A DNA stretch of 64,000 nucleotides, from positions 1,120,001 through 1,184,000 of the forward strand of contig CP000066.1 in assembly GCA_000002445.1 (NCBI GenBank), read 5' to 3'. A program made the translations under genes and the position numbers. Under the pieces are notes generated by a model. That model saw nothing but the letters and a program-made list of their open reading frames with translations, was not told the origin of the DNA and did no database searches. Origin of the DNA: Trypanosoma brucei (taxonomy: Eukaryota). This document shows positions 10,201-20,258 of the stretch, one piece after another (position 1 is the first letter of the stretch; every line of letters begins with the position of its first letter).

Positions 10201-13200
10201 CGCTTCCTGCAGGTGCTGAAGCAGCAACTGATCAGCACCACCATGGGTTGCTACCCGAAAGAGTGCCCTAACGTGGCCCTTTGCGTTACTCCTCCTTATG
10301 AGGCTTCGCTCACACATCGGCTTCGACGTTGCCGATAAACCCCCAGCGTTGTGTGCACGAAGGGCCAGGCTTAACCCGATGCCGGGCTCGACCGTGCCGT
10401 ACGTCGGCTGTTCAACGATGAAACGCTCGGCATGTTCCCGCAAGGCGATGGGGGAGCCTTGCTCTGCTAGCTGGGCCCAATGCACTGCAAAAGAGACGGC
10501 ATCACTCAACTGTTTTCGTCGTTCCGGGGATTCCGGATCCGCAGCGACGGCGGGGGGCTCCAACATTTGCTTTGATTGGCAGTAAAGCTCCACCTCTGCT
10601 GCACTTCCCTTTTCAAGCACGCCGATGACGTCCCACAGAAGTGGAAGAGCCTGGCAAGTCCCCACAAACGACGGGAAGGCTGATATAATTTTACTTAGTA
10701 TTTCTTTGGCGGAGCGCCTTACTGATTGAACGGCGAAACCATATAATAAGACGAGTTGTGGTACGTCCGCCTCGATCCGTTTCGCGGCCGTGTCGGGAGA
10801 CGTGGCTTTCAACGCTGAGAGATACCGATTTGTTGCAGCAGCCGTTAGGCACGACGTTGCTGCCCGGAAATCTGCACTAGCGTCGAACTCACAAATTTCG
10901 AACCGGTGGTACTGTGCAATAGTTGAGATGAAGCCGCAGGAAGCTCGGAGGATTTCGAGGGTTGCCAGCGCATGAAAAAGAAAAAGTTCAGAAAACGGCA
11001 ATCGGCGCCCCACCGACGATACACCAGGGCAGCAGTCTTCCAGGTATTGCAGCAACCCCTTTCTGTAAGGCTTTATGGCGTGGCTGTCAGTGCTGTAGTT
11101 GCGCAAATGACGTTCCAAAAGTTCAATATCACTCATGACCTGTTGGTAATCGGTGGATCGCATGCGCAAAAGCTGTGGTGATAAAGAGGCAAGGAGGCGC
11201 ACGCACTTCGTTTGGTTCCAAGACAACACGTACTCACCCCCACGGGGTTGCTTAACATCTGATGATCCCTCCGCACCTTTTCCCTCAGCTTGCGTTAGGA
11301 GCATCACCTTGGAAGTAAAGCCATAATACGTAAGCATCAGCCAATAGGAGCGCAGCTGGGCGGCGTCGCTGTCATCATAGAGTGGAAGACTCATGCTATT
11401 AGGCTGAATGCCACTGTGGTGCATGAAAGAGTCTGTACTTTCCAACTGCTTGAACCTCTGCACGTTATCACGGTAACTCTTGAGACACTGTACGTCTTTT
11501 TCAGGCAAAAGTGTGAGAAGCTGGCAGAGCAGACACAACGGTTGCAGGAACAGCGAAAGCGTCGCAAGGGCCACCTCGCTCATATCGGAACGCATATGGT
11601 GACCGTTCTGCGTTTCCTTCCCACCGTCAATGTTAGTGTCGTAAATAATCCCGGAGCCTGGCCACAAACAGTTGATCATGCATCGGAGGACCGAGTGTAG
11701 TAGGAGACGCAGTACCTTTCCCTCGTTGTTGATCGCCTCAACAAGAGGCGATTTGTTCCATTCATCGCCGGCATCGCCCGAAGCATTGTGGGGTAAATCT
11801 CGAAGCGCCTCACGGACCATCGCAAGGACACGATCATGGCAACGCCGAGTAAGGTGCCAAAAAGCGTCCGCCGTGACCTGTAGTTCGTTGCCTGGAAACT
11901 GTTTATTTGTATGCGACAATTCGATACACCGAGTGTGGGCTCGCAGAGTGTCCTCCACCGTATCAAACAGCAGCTGGGTGTACCGACGTAGACTCTCGTA
12001 AGGCAACGGATTGCACAACGAATGGTGCCTCGACAAGAGAACACGGTTCATCATCTCAAAGCACACAGAAAAGCGCAGCGATACGTCGACGGGACCTTGA
12101 TCCAAACGTCCCTCAACGTTACTCCCTGCTTCATCAGCACCGTCCCCCAACTGCTGCAACCCGTCATTTCGCGTTACAGCATCGTTGACCTCTGTGCTGA
12201 CAAGGGCGCGTATGTAAGCATTTGTGGCACACAGTCCCTGCAAGCAGAGCGCGGCGGTTCGGCTTCTCGTCTCCACATTGGATGATGTGGCAATTCCCAG
12301 ATTTCCCGCCCTTAAAATGCAACGAATGAGTTCATGTGTTACTTGTTCAACACCACCGTAAAATTTGTTGGAAAATTGTATTCTCCTCATTTTGGCCCCT
12401 AAGACCGAGAAGGGATGTGTACTTGTCGACAGCGCTCTGCCATCGGTGGATGCGACGAACGCCAGAACTTTTGCACTGTGCTCCGCAATATCTTGGTGAA
12501 GCGACACCACCGGCCCAGCCGTACCAATCGCGGCGAAAGCACTCTTGGGTAGGAGAAGAAACTTAACGATGTTGCCAATCACCCCGAGGCGAAGGGCGTC
12601 TTCCTCCATGGAGGGCACATACCCCGCATCACCTGAGCCGTTACCACGCTCGTGTTGTTGTCCGCTGTGCGCGTTGTGTTGGCAAGTGCTGTTGACTATG
12701 GCGTAGCACCGAATACGCTCCAGCTCCGCTTGGAGCAAGCTCACCACTACAGCACGCAGGCTGGTCCCATACAATACAAAACTACGATTTTGAACCTTGC
12801 CCCATTTGTCCTCAGAATCCTGAAGAACCGCCCAGACGCCTTCAATGAGCGTTTCGGCTTCGACAACCTCCCTTCGGTCAACAAAATTAGATATTGAACA
12901 GCAGGAAGTAGTTCCCCCATCCCCATTTCCCCCACTACGTGCTGCACTGTCGCCCGGACAGGAAATTGACATCGCAGTTTCCTTCAGCCACCCCATTAGA
13001 AGCCTCAGCGTAGCTGCCACTAATCGCGCCTGGATGCCCTCCCTTCGCTGGAGGCCCCTGAGTATATATTCCGGCCGTAACAGCGTTAGACACCAATAGC
13101 GCAATTTGGTATAGCAGACACCATGAACCGATGATAGTGCTTCCACAAGGTAACACAAAAGCTCCTTGTATGGAGGATCCCTTCGATGTGAGGATGTAAC

Positions 13201-14148
13201 GAGCGTATCCGTTAGGTTGTGCAGGTGCTCTATGAGCTCCGTGCCGAGATCCACGTTGCCGGCTTCTCCAGCGATGGCGATTCCCTCAAGCGCACCGAGT
13301 GCAATGGAGTTGTCTACGCACTCGTCTGCATTTGAGGGAATGCATTGAACGAGGAGTGGATCGACGACATGCGCCCCAAAACCCACTAAACCTTCCCTAC
13401 TCAACTCGACACTACCATCACCAACATCCTTGCCAGCATAAGTAGACGTGGGACAACCCGCCTTCTCCCTTTCCAACCCTCCGCTGCCACTGCTTGCATG
13501 CCGAAGGTGGATGCCACATGCAACAAGTGAAGAGACAAACCCCCGAATGTCAACCCCCAATGAAAAAGTTGTTGCGTTGAGCTGTTGCATAAGTGAGGTG
13601 TACAAAGAAACGCACTCCAGATAGAACGATTTTGTGCGATCAAATGGGAGTGAGCGGCACTCGACCGCTAGAGCCACAAGCGCGATTAGCACTGGAGCAT
13701 TCTTCCCAGAAATACGACCCTGTCCCGCAATCAAATCCTTCGCTTGTGACATCTCGAATAGCTGCGTTACTCGTGGGTGAAGCAACATGTAACCACTGTT
13801 GACAACCGAGAGGGCATGTGTGGTTGGCATGGCACCACCGTGCAGATGCTGGGGCATACTTACACTTGACAAAGAGGCCAACCATGGGTCTGTACGACTT
13901 CTCCCGAACAGCACATCCGCACCCGAATAGCCCTCTTGCATGCACGGGCCCAACAATTCCTCCCTCCCGGAGACGGCGAGCGGCGCGTCGCCCCACCTCG
14001 GACCTCCGCTACCGAGCGCAAGCGCCTGTGGCGAATTATCCGTTGCGGGGGTGTCTAGCGGTTGTCGACGCAGTTGGTAGCCAAGCACACGAGCAAAGGC
14101 GAATGCAGGAGAGTGGCTGACCCATGAGGGGAACCTGATGTCGTCCAT
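7210..14148 (-). CDS. phosphatidylinositol 4-kinase, type III alpha-like (2312 aa)
   Basis: ATG at 14146-14148 verified. The C-terminal catalytic domain has the PI3/PI4-kinase signature motifs GDDCRQD (catalytic loop) and HIDFGFLF (DFG/activation loop). The lipid-kinase accessory region (...LSEYFVQTYGYPESVRF...) and a very long N-terminal HEAT/armadillo-like region are as expected for the approximately 2000+ aa PI4KIII-alpha class. Confidence 0.9.
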   Translation of the reverse strand: MDDIRFPSWVSHSPAFAFARVLGYQLRRQPLDTPATDNSPQALALGSGGPRWGDAPLAVSGREELLGPCMQEGYSGADVLFGRSRTDPWLASLSSVSMPQHLHGGAMPTTHALSVVNSGYMLLHPRVTQLFEMSQAKDLIAGQGRISGKNAPVLIALVALAVECRSLPFDRTKSFYLECVSLYTSLMQQLNATTFSLGVDIRGFVSSLVACGIHLRHASSGSGGLEREKAGCPTSTYAGKDVGDGSVELSREGLVGFGAHVVDPLLVQCIPSNADECVDNSIALGALEGIAIAGEAGNVDLGTELIEHLHNLTDTLVTSSHRRDPPYKELLCYLVEALSSVHGVCYTKLRYWCLTLLRPEYILRGLQRREGIQARLVAATLRLLMGWLKETAMSISCPGDSAARSGGNGDGGTTSCCSISNFVDRREVVEAETLIEGVWAVLQDSEDKWGKVQNRSFVLYGTSLRAVVVSLLQAELERIRCYAIVNSTCQHNAHSGQQHERGNGSGDAGYVPSMEEDALRLGVIGNIVKFLLLPKSAFAAIGTAGPVVSLHQDIAEHSAKVLAFVASTDGRALSTSTHPFSVLGAKMRRIQFSNKFYGGVEQVTHELIRCILRAGNLGIATSSNVETRSRTAALCLQGLCATNAYIRALVSTEVNDAVTRNDGLQQLGDGADEAGSNVEGRLDQGPVDVSLRFSVCFEMMNRVLLSRHHSLCNPLPYESLRRYTQLLFDTVEDTLRAHTRCIELSHTNKQFPGNELQVTADAFWHLTRRCHDRVLAMVREALRDLPHNASGDAGDEWNKSPLVEAINNEGKVLRLLLHSVLRCMINCLWPGSGIIYDTNIDGGKETQNGHHMRSDMSEVALATLSLFLQPLCLLCQLLTLLPEKDVQCLKSYRDNVQRFKQLESTDSFMHHSGIQPNSMSLPLYDDSDAAQLRSYWLMLTYYGFTSKVMLLTQAEGKGAEGSSDVKQPRGGEYVLSWNQTKCVRLLASLSPQLLRMRSTDYQQVMSDIELLERHLRNYSTDSHAIKPYRKGLLQYLEDCCPGVSSVGRRLPFSELFLFHALATLEILRASCGFISTIAQYHRFEICEFDASADFRAATSCLTAAATNRYLSALKATSPDTAAKRIEADVPQLVLLYGFAVQSVRRSAKEILSKIISAFPSFVGTCQALPLLWDVIGVLEKGSAAEVELYCQSKQMLEPPAVAADPESPERRKQLSDAVSFAVHWAQLAEQGSPIALREHAERFIVEQPTYGTVEPGIGLSLALRAHNAGGLSATSKPMCERSLIRRSNAKGHVRALFRVATHGGADQLLLQHLQEAGEDLVKTFGLSKQLREQQFVTLTNALSGEIGVDDFSRGCQGGEAEDTVHRGSWTSTCTPPSGQTLSDKLHESDTLACSAVVLLTSARLGTSMHISLLRCIVQYPIRSFSSDALAKAISCWRWILFERPGLFAAPLLAEVVEGFVWTITHRVGLFDGSRPRGLDEVESGRKPQLRRDAAIYSHDYATNSPHKLLAEFLIACYVDEGGPVSFVPPVLHLLKQLALRIVKTPSRLSTKDASFSEMTRCVLMIGLICRNLQAANECRAREGLPALTPAFFVGALRQGFYRCLMHWFQKTPPSWYFSRDRTAAEKELAALRKLMEMLDRDMKALSRSSDGFLDFASPEKSADSTLVNLTLVGSVAQRRIGEDIAGGTFTDIESLIAAERERLMSLIRLLQLLVKHEHHRLLVWLHPSDSLSTPSRDYFDAISSGEWLSHCTAASESDPAVLVALVARFPNRHVVGWAAQIVSENPELYCNIPGAVDLYLNSVTLVNGYPALHLFRNGGLVQSLRHLHARYATRYPQVSAYALRSLLCKKCDSLTFYLPQILQILSEDPIGAVPSFLKKMCKRSQTFEHQLLWSLQAEGGGDSEHARKCSQLASEIRHSFNASRKAFHDGEFNFIDRIISLSGEMMPIERPLRKGRLRLRLRDKEFHDSIGGQHLYLPTDPNWRIVALRPDTAGAMQSAAKCPIMVEFHCVPQNSRDGENAQGEATGSDKEAVTSKLCIFKMGDDCRQDQLALQLIGLFRRVFDSIQLPSFLYPYKVVATGRDCGVIECVPRAMSRDQIGKLVEGNLSEYFVQTYGYPESVRFHRARECFIRSMASYATASFVLNIKDRHNGNILIDSYGHLVHIDFGFLFDLSPGGDINFESSPFKLTLEMAQLMGYPVNEGKGKQPSPSLAKALVDLESYNLFVDLTIRCFLAVRQYAHEICVLVELMLSSGLPCFKPKKTIHDLSWRLAMHKSEAWAADFMRKRIAESRENVRTVLYDRYQNYAEGIEM

Positions 14149-15384
14149 ATCGAAAGTGGTATAATAAAAAGGATTTGGGGCAGCGATGCGGCGGAGGTCA
14201 GAACCACAAGAGCGAACGCACGTGCCTTCTCCCCAAATCCTTTTCCTTGTCTCTCCCCCTACTTTTCCTATCCGAACTCCTCTTCAGCACCCACTCAACA
14301 GCCCTAATCTTGTGATGTAGGGGGATACGTAACACTTGAAACTACAAACGACGGGGGGGGGGGAGAAAAAGAAAAAAAAAGCGAAAGCAAAGAGGTGACA
14401 ATTTAGGACATTAGAGTGCCCATTGGGCGTCTTTAAACTCTACCAACCTGACTCATCTCCGAGGGCTCTCTGCGAACGCGCATCGTTTAAAAGTTCCCAT
14501 TCCAACTCCTAACGACCCACAACATTATTTCCCAATGTGCTTCTTTGTTTCTCTCAACCTCAAAGGCGCGAACTATTCTTCGTCCACTGCACTGAGAGAA
14601 ACTGGGAAAACGAAGGGACTCCGTGTTGCCCATAAGAACACTGTCCGCCGCCTGTAATCCCAACCACTACCCACCTTTCGTTTCCCATTTCATCACCGAC
14701 CCGACATTCGCCTGAAAACTCGGGGAAGCAGCGGAACCACATTAATTACGCAGCGTTTGGTCACGTGGAGATACAGCGACAAGCAGGAGGAGGTTACCCG
14801 AATCGAAAATAGCGGCGGCTCAATGGGGCCAGTACGCACCAAAAAAGAAAAACAAACATGCCGCAGTTGGCGCAACACGTTGCACAATCTGTGAGCGTGG
14901 TACAAAAGCGAAATATTTGCGGCGATCGGTACCGACGGCATGCGCCGTAAGTAGTACTTTACCCCTTCCAAGAAGAGGGTTCGCACAATTGCCTCTGCCT
15001 TATGCGCTCTCTCCATTTCACTGGTACCACCACTGACCCCATCAACAACATCAGGGAACATCGATGTTTCTTTTGCTCACGGATGTCCTCTCTGGTGGCG
15101 GTGTGGTGGGGGAGGGAAGGGAAGGAGTGGGGGATAAAAAAAAGAGACGCGAAATTTGCCTTCAGATGCGGACGGGGAAATGAACAATCCATGCAGAAGG
15201 TGAACAAGCCAACATACACATCCGTCTGGCGAACCAACCCCCTTCACCGCCGTGACTCCTCGCAACAGATGCGTGACGCGTAAATGTGCGCTACCCTGTC
15301 GAACACACACACGCACACACATATAGAAACCGATTCCCACCAAATTTGCGCTTTGCCCCCTTTCTACACTTTTCTGTGTGTTAT

Positions 15385-18300
15385 CTATTCAAGTGGCGGT
15401 AGGTCAGTATAGGTTGGTGAGCGTGCAATGGCGTCCGCAAGATCCTGTTCAAACAAATTTTCCAGAGCACGTAAAGAGGCGATGTGGAGGGCTTGCGCCC
15501 TCGTAAGTGCCGCACCAAACCCCACCAATTGCACCTCGCCCTTCCTTGTTTCCCTCCTATGCCTCTGTAAGTAAATGCGGCACTGAAATCCACCACCGTT
15601 GCTCGGCTGTTGCTCGACACGCAGCCAGCGCTCATTGCGAAACTCCCGAGTAACACACCGTCGCAAAAGTGTGTAAGGCCGAGGAGGACCTGCCGACTCT
15701 GCTCGCTCAAGTTGACGCTGGAGGTCTCGCAAAACGGCTGCTGGCAACACTTCCACCACTGGTGCCGTAAGTATTTCTTCAGCAAAGGAATGAATCTCCT
15801 TGGAGTGTGCTGAAAGATACGTCAGTGCTCTTGGGAAGCTCTGCCGACATGCGAGAAGCAGCACGTCACGCACCCCCTCGCGCTTTGACGTGGCGACTGC
15901 CCGCGCAACCGCCAAACCCCCCGCCCTCGAGAAGGAAAGAGTCACGAACCAATACCCTCCAAGCTCCCTTGCATCAATATCAACCACCTGTTGCTCCACC
16001 GTGGAAGGTGATGCTCCATCGTCCTCAATGGCAGTAGCAGTGCCGGTAGACACACCAAAGAAGGTGTTGAACATGTAGAGCGAAAGTTCACGCGAATTGG
16101 TTATGGGTGGGGGGGCGTGGCACTCATATTCTGTCCACAACTGTTCACCCTTGTCGCCAGCTAGTCGGTTCGTGGCCGCCCTCAGCGCACTACACAGCAC
16201 ACATGCAGCGCTCTCGCCCTCCTCACCAATACGTTCGCTGACAAGCAAGTCACCTTTCTGGCCACATACAGCGGCACGAAAGCGGGCACGGAATGGTCGC
16301 AGCAGGTACTCGACACTTCCATCGTTCCCCGCCTCCTCTTCAGCGCCATCCGATTCCTGCTGCTCCAAACTCCATGTGAAAGGGGCCATGCTTGGCGCTT
16401 GTTCCTCCAACAGCAGCATAACCTGGTGGACGAACGATTCCGACCCAACTCGAAACACAGAGTTGTACACGTTTTGTGCATCCTGGTCGGGATTCACTGC
16501 GTCGCCACGGTTCAGCTTCGCGTACGCCTCAAGTTCCTTTGGAAAGTACCTTTTTGCGAGCGAATAAACGAGGACACGTCGGGCATGTTTAACCTGCGGA
16601 TACGGAGGTGACACGGCGACGACACGCCGCTGCTCTTCACCCTCCACCTGCGCCTCCATCTCCGCAACCCACTGGGGAAGACCCAAGTCACCTGATGCGT
16701 TGCGTAACCTCACCCTCAAGTTGTGCCACCCCAAATCTTCCTCGGCAAAGGCAGAAACAAGCGAAAAAATGTTTCCCATATGCTCCACTCGCTTTTCACG
16801 GGGAAGAGCCCGAAATTTGCTTCCACGAGCCATTGTATCTCCAGAAAGATCAATATCTGGGTGCAACAACAGTGCATCACGGTACTGATTGGGGAAATTT
16901 TCCCTCAGTGCGTCAAGGCAAGCATTGCGCCACGCCTCACCCCTCTTCCTTGCGCGCCGCTCAATTAGAAGCTGATTCGAACGCAAACCATCATCAACTG
17001 TAAGCACTGCTGTGGCTTCGCCCGTGGCACGGTCAGTGTGATAAGTTGTCTGGTAAAAACTTCCAATGAGCTGCGAGGTTAGGGTTCCCAGGAGTGCATA
17101 GGCATTCCATTTCCCACGGTGGTTGGTAGCCACGTTGTAATTGTCATGTTTTTGAACAGCGAGGCTTAGAAGTTGCGTAGTTGGGAAGAAAACACCCCCG
17201 CCTCGTGGATCGAAGTAAACGCGACCCACCTCGGGGTACTGGTCAAGAAGGTACGTAAGCGCCTGCACATAGCAGTCAAACTCGAGGCGATAACGACCAG
17301 GACCGCTTTGCTGCCAAACAACACACCCATCTGACGTGAAGGAAGCGGTAAAGAAGTATCGATGCTTTCCGTGTGGCACGCCCTGATCACCGTCACCGTC
17401 CTTCGGCGCGGTAGAAATATCCCGTTCCTTGTCATCGCCAGCACCATCACCCTCAACACGCACCAAAGCAATATCCTCCGTTTTCTTTCCATATTCCCGG
17501 GAGAGGTGCTGCACCATCGCATCAAACTGCCAGCGCATCCGAACGAGGAGCGGCGAGGATGGGAGAAGCTGAGTGGCGATGTTTGCATCGGGCGAGAAAG
17601 TTAACTCAGCCCGTAGTGCCTGCAACGATGCGTTTTGATAGGCAACTAATGGTGTGGCCTGCCGCTTCACCTGGTGAACGCTTATGTTTCCCCGTGCGTC
17701 CTCCACGGTAACGGCAGCAGTAAATGTTGCCGCCCGAAGCACACGGTACTGTTCCTCTACGGGAATGGGCTCTGTTGGCTCAGCTCCCTCCCCGTGGCAC
17801 GTGACCGGTGATGGTGATGATGGCGACGGAGTTTCCTGGTCATGCCTCTGGGAGTCACCTTTTTCTTTTTCCAACGAACCCTCAGTGCATTCCTCGAAAC
17901 AATGGCTTTCCACAATTTTCTCCCAAGGCCGTACGAGGACCTCAACCTCACGGACGCTTTCCAACTGAACAGAAGGTGACTCCAATTCCGCACGGTAGCG
18001 ATCACGCAGCATCGCCAGGCAACGCACCAACGAGTCGTTTGCGGATTGACCACGGGCCTCTGCGCTGAAGGAAAGGGAGGGCGTCATGCCCCATTCATCA
18101 CGCTCATAGGCACGGCACCGCCACCTCAAATCTGCCCCTTGTTCTGATTCTTGCCCTTGCTTCCCAGAGGAGTTCCGCGGGGACTTAATAGAAAACTTAA
18201 GCACTCGGCTAAAGTGAACACACAACTCTCTCAGTTCATCGATGATTGCTTTAAGCTCCAATTGACGTGGCGATAGCGTCGGCTCTTCCTTGCCTTTACG

Positions 18301-19041
18301 ATAGCTACCTCTTTTTTGATATCCGCGGTTACGTCCCGTACCGCGGCACCCATGCGATGAAGCGGAGGCCCTTTGCTGTGGGTGAATAAAAACTACGTCG
18401 CTTTCTAACGCATCATTCAGCACCGCGTGCAAAACTTCCTTTGCCTCGCCTCCGCTCGCCACCGCTAGCTCTAAGGGGAAGCCTAGCAAACGACACGTAG
18501 CGGATGCTCGGTATTCCGTGACACCACACAGTTGCTGCTCTTGCTTTGATTGTTCTTCTGAATCAAATGAAGCACCCCCTCCTACGGGTTCGTCGTCTTC
18601 TACAACCTCTTCTTCTTCCTCACCGTGTGGAGCTGCCTTGGTTGAATTCCTCGAGTGGCGCCGCTGGCAACGCCGGAGCACAAGTTTGGCCTGCGGGCCA
18701 AACCTTTCCCGCAACAGCGCCTCCGCTTCTGGGAGTCCACAACCACCGTTGTCCGTGCCCACTTCTTCCACTGTTTCACCTGCAGTAAATAACTGCCGGC
18801 GCCCGTGAAGGAGGCAATCGGTCATCGGTGCCGTCACGAGTGGCAGATGAGAGCGCCTGATGGATGGGCTTCGAGTGGAACAGCTCACAGCTGCAGGACA
18901 CGTGTGGGGGGACAAGGTGCGTAACAAAGCGTAACTACGGTTCCCTACGAAGGCCCACGAACAGATGTTGTGCGGTGTGATCAGGGGCAAGAAGGCCCTC
19001 CTTCGCACAAGCGTGCTAAAGGTCATGGTGCACCTCTTCAT
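15385..19041 (-). CDS. large hypothetical protein with at least three dsRBD-like modules and an N-terminal mitochondrial-presequence-like segment
   Basis: The track ORF (to 19242) starts at TTG and first runs through a polypyrimidine-encoded FCFFFIFYFLPP stretch. The first ATG is about 19041 (MKRCTMTFSTLVRRRAFLP..., Arg/Ser-rich amphipathic). The C-terminal half contains repeated helices of the type G-x-G-x-S/T-K/R-[KR]-x-A...AA..AL (ERRARKRGEAWRNACLDALREN; ATSKREGVRDVLLLACRQ; VGFGAALTRAQALHIASLRALENL). Confidence 0.55.
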   Translation of the reverse strand: MKRCTMTFSTLVRRRAFLPLITPHNICSWAFVGNRSYALLRTLSPHTCPAAVSCSTRSPSIRRSHLPLVTAPMTDCLLHGRRQLFTAGETVEEVGTDNGGCGLPEAEALLRERFGPQAKLVLRRCQRRHSRNSTKAAPHGEEEEEVVEDDEPVGGGASFDSEEQSKQEQQLCGVTEYRASATCRLLGFPLELAVASGGEAKEVLHAVLNDALESDVVFIHPQQRASASSHGCRGTGRNRGYQKRGSYRKGKEEPTLSPRQLELKAIIDELRELCVHFSRVLKFSIKSPRNSSGKQGQESEQGADLRWRCRAYERDEWGMTPSLSFSAEARGQSANDSLVRCLAMLRDRYRAELESPSVQLESVREVEVLVRPWEKIVESHCFEECTEGSLEKEKGDSQRHDQETPSPSSPSPVTCHGEGAEPTEPIPVEEQYRVLRAATFTAAVTVEDARGNISVHQVKRQATPLVAYQNASLQALRAELTFSPDANIATQLLPSSPLLVRMRWQFDAMVQHLSREYGKKTEDIALVRVEGDGAGDDKERDISTAPKDGDGDQGVPHGKHRYFFTASFTSDGCVVWQQSGPGRYRLEFDCYVQALTYLLDQYPEVGRVYFDPRGGGVFFPTTQLLSLAVQKHDNYNVATNHRGKWNAYALLGTLTSQLIGSFYQTTYHTDRATGEATAVLTVDDGLRSNQLLIERRARKRGEAWRNACLDALRENFPNQYRDALLLHPDIDLSGDTMARGSKFRALPREKRVEHMGNIFSLVSAFAEEDLGWHNLRVRLRNASGDLGLPQWVAEMEAQVEGEEQRRVVAVSPPYPQVKHARRVLVYSLAKRYFPKELEAYAKLNRGDAVNPDQDAQNVYNSVFRVGSESFVHQVMLLLEEQAPSMAPFTWSLEQQESDGAEEEAGNDGSVEYLLRPFRARFRAAVCGQKGDLLVSERIGEEGESAACVLCSALRAATNRLAGDKGEQLWTEYECHAPPPITNSRELSLYMFNTFFGVSTGTATAIEDDGASPSTVEQQVVDIDARELGGYWFVTLSFSRAGGLAVARAVATSKREGVRDVLLLACRQSFPRALTYLSAHSKEIHSFAEEILTAPVVEVLPAAVLRDLQRQLERAESAGPPRPYTLLRRCVTREFRNERWLRVEQQPSNGGGFQCRIYLQRHRRETRKGEVQLVGFGAALTRAQALHIASLRALENLFEQDLADAIARSPTYTDLPPLE

Positions 19042-20038
19042 GTCATTGTGGGGTGGCAAAAAATAAAAAATGAAAAAAAAACAAAAAAGAGAGTGTGTGA
19101 CAGAAGTATGGAAACATTGAATAAAAGGAATAAATTCAAGTGGACGACACACAGAACGAGAGAGCGCCAACCACAAAGGGTGACTAGAAATGAAAGTGTG
19201 TCTGGAACGCGACACAGCGGAACCGTAATGGGGTATTCTCAAAAAAAAAATAGCTGGACAAACTGCCGTTAGTACAAAAATTGAGTCGTCTATGTGCCTT
19301 AGTATGCAGCGCCCTTCCCTTTCGTTTTACCCCACCTTATTCGCCCCTAAGCCCCGTTTTCTTTACCTAATTTTTTCCCCTTTTTCTCTCTTTCCAATCC
19401 ATCCTCTTACCACACAGTATTGTACGCTCAGTCAGCGATTACCGTGGCGCATAACTACCCCTTCCACATCTACACGCGACGGTAAATCGTACATCAACAC
19501 AGAAGAACAATAAAGAACAACGACAACGAAAATAAAATGACCACGCGTGCTAAAGCCGCTGCGACACAAATATATATATATATATATAAAGTACGGAGCT
19601 GCACCTACATACTCATGTCCTTCCTTTCATGTGTGCTGGTGTGCTGTGGCACCTCCCATTGGGGATACGTGTGCGTTACGTTTTACTCCAAACGCCCGTG
19701 GGACGACATGCTTTAGGTGGTAACGTCACTCAGGAGGAGGCAAATAATTTTTTATTTGGCCTTCTTTTCTTTTTCACCCTCTCATTCACACACAACGCCA
19801 AGGAACGCTGTTAATCCCTTCTCTGAAAAGAGTCAGCACGCGCAGCCTACACACAAGCATAGAGCCTACCCCCTCAATAAAAGGGAGAGGGATGGAGGAA
19901 ACGAGATCACGTATTGACTGTAGCCACGGATTTCCGATGAGTTATGCCGCTGGCCTCTCATTCTTTCCTCTTCACTCTGTTTCCTCCTCCCTTTTCTCCA
20001 TCTCCCCTATCTTCGTTCCCTTTGCGCACTGCCACTCC

Positions 20039-20041
<3 letters not shown>

Positions 20042-20072
<31 letters not shown>
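20042..20072. repeat. (AT)n microsatellite, about 15 units, followed by (GT)n
   Basis: Read directly. Similar (TA)n tracts at about 19571-19588, 48701-48714, 51565-51590 (preceded by (CA)n 51551-51565), 53093-53110, 55544-55563, all in intergenic DNA. Confidence 0.9.
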
Positions 20073-20076
<4 letters not shown>

Positions 20077-20258
20077 CGTGTGTGTATGCGTGCGCAAGTT
20101 CACCCACCCGCTATTCCTAACAGAGGAAAACAACACACCCCACTAATCATACCCAGTCGCCCAGCAGGCCACACTCGCATGGTCGAAAATAAATCGCGAA
20201 TTAAAAATAAAAAAAGATATAAAAGAATGCATGCGTGGGGAGGGAAGGGTGCTGAATA

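Noticed and set aside
7083-14120. Numerous 60-140-aa ORFs on the plus strand antisense to PI4K (e.g. 8135-8563, 9665-10015, 11672-12001)
   Set aside because: Embedded in and antisense to a 6.9 kb well-supported CDS. Expected by chance in GC-balanced coding DNA.
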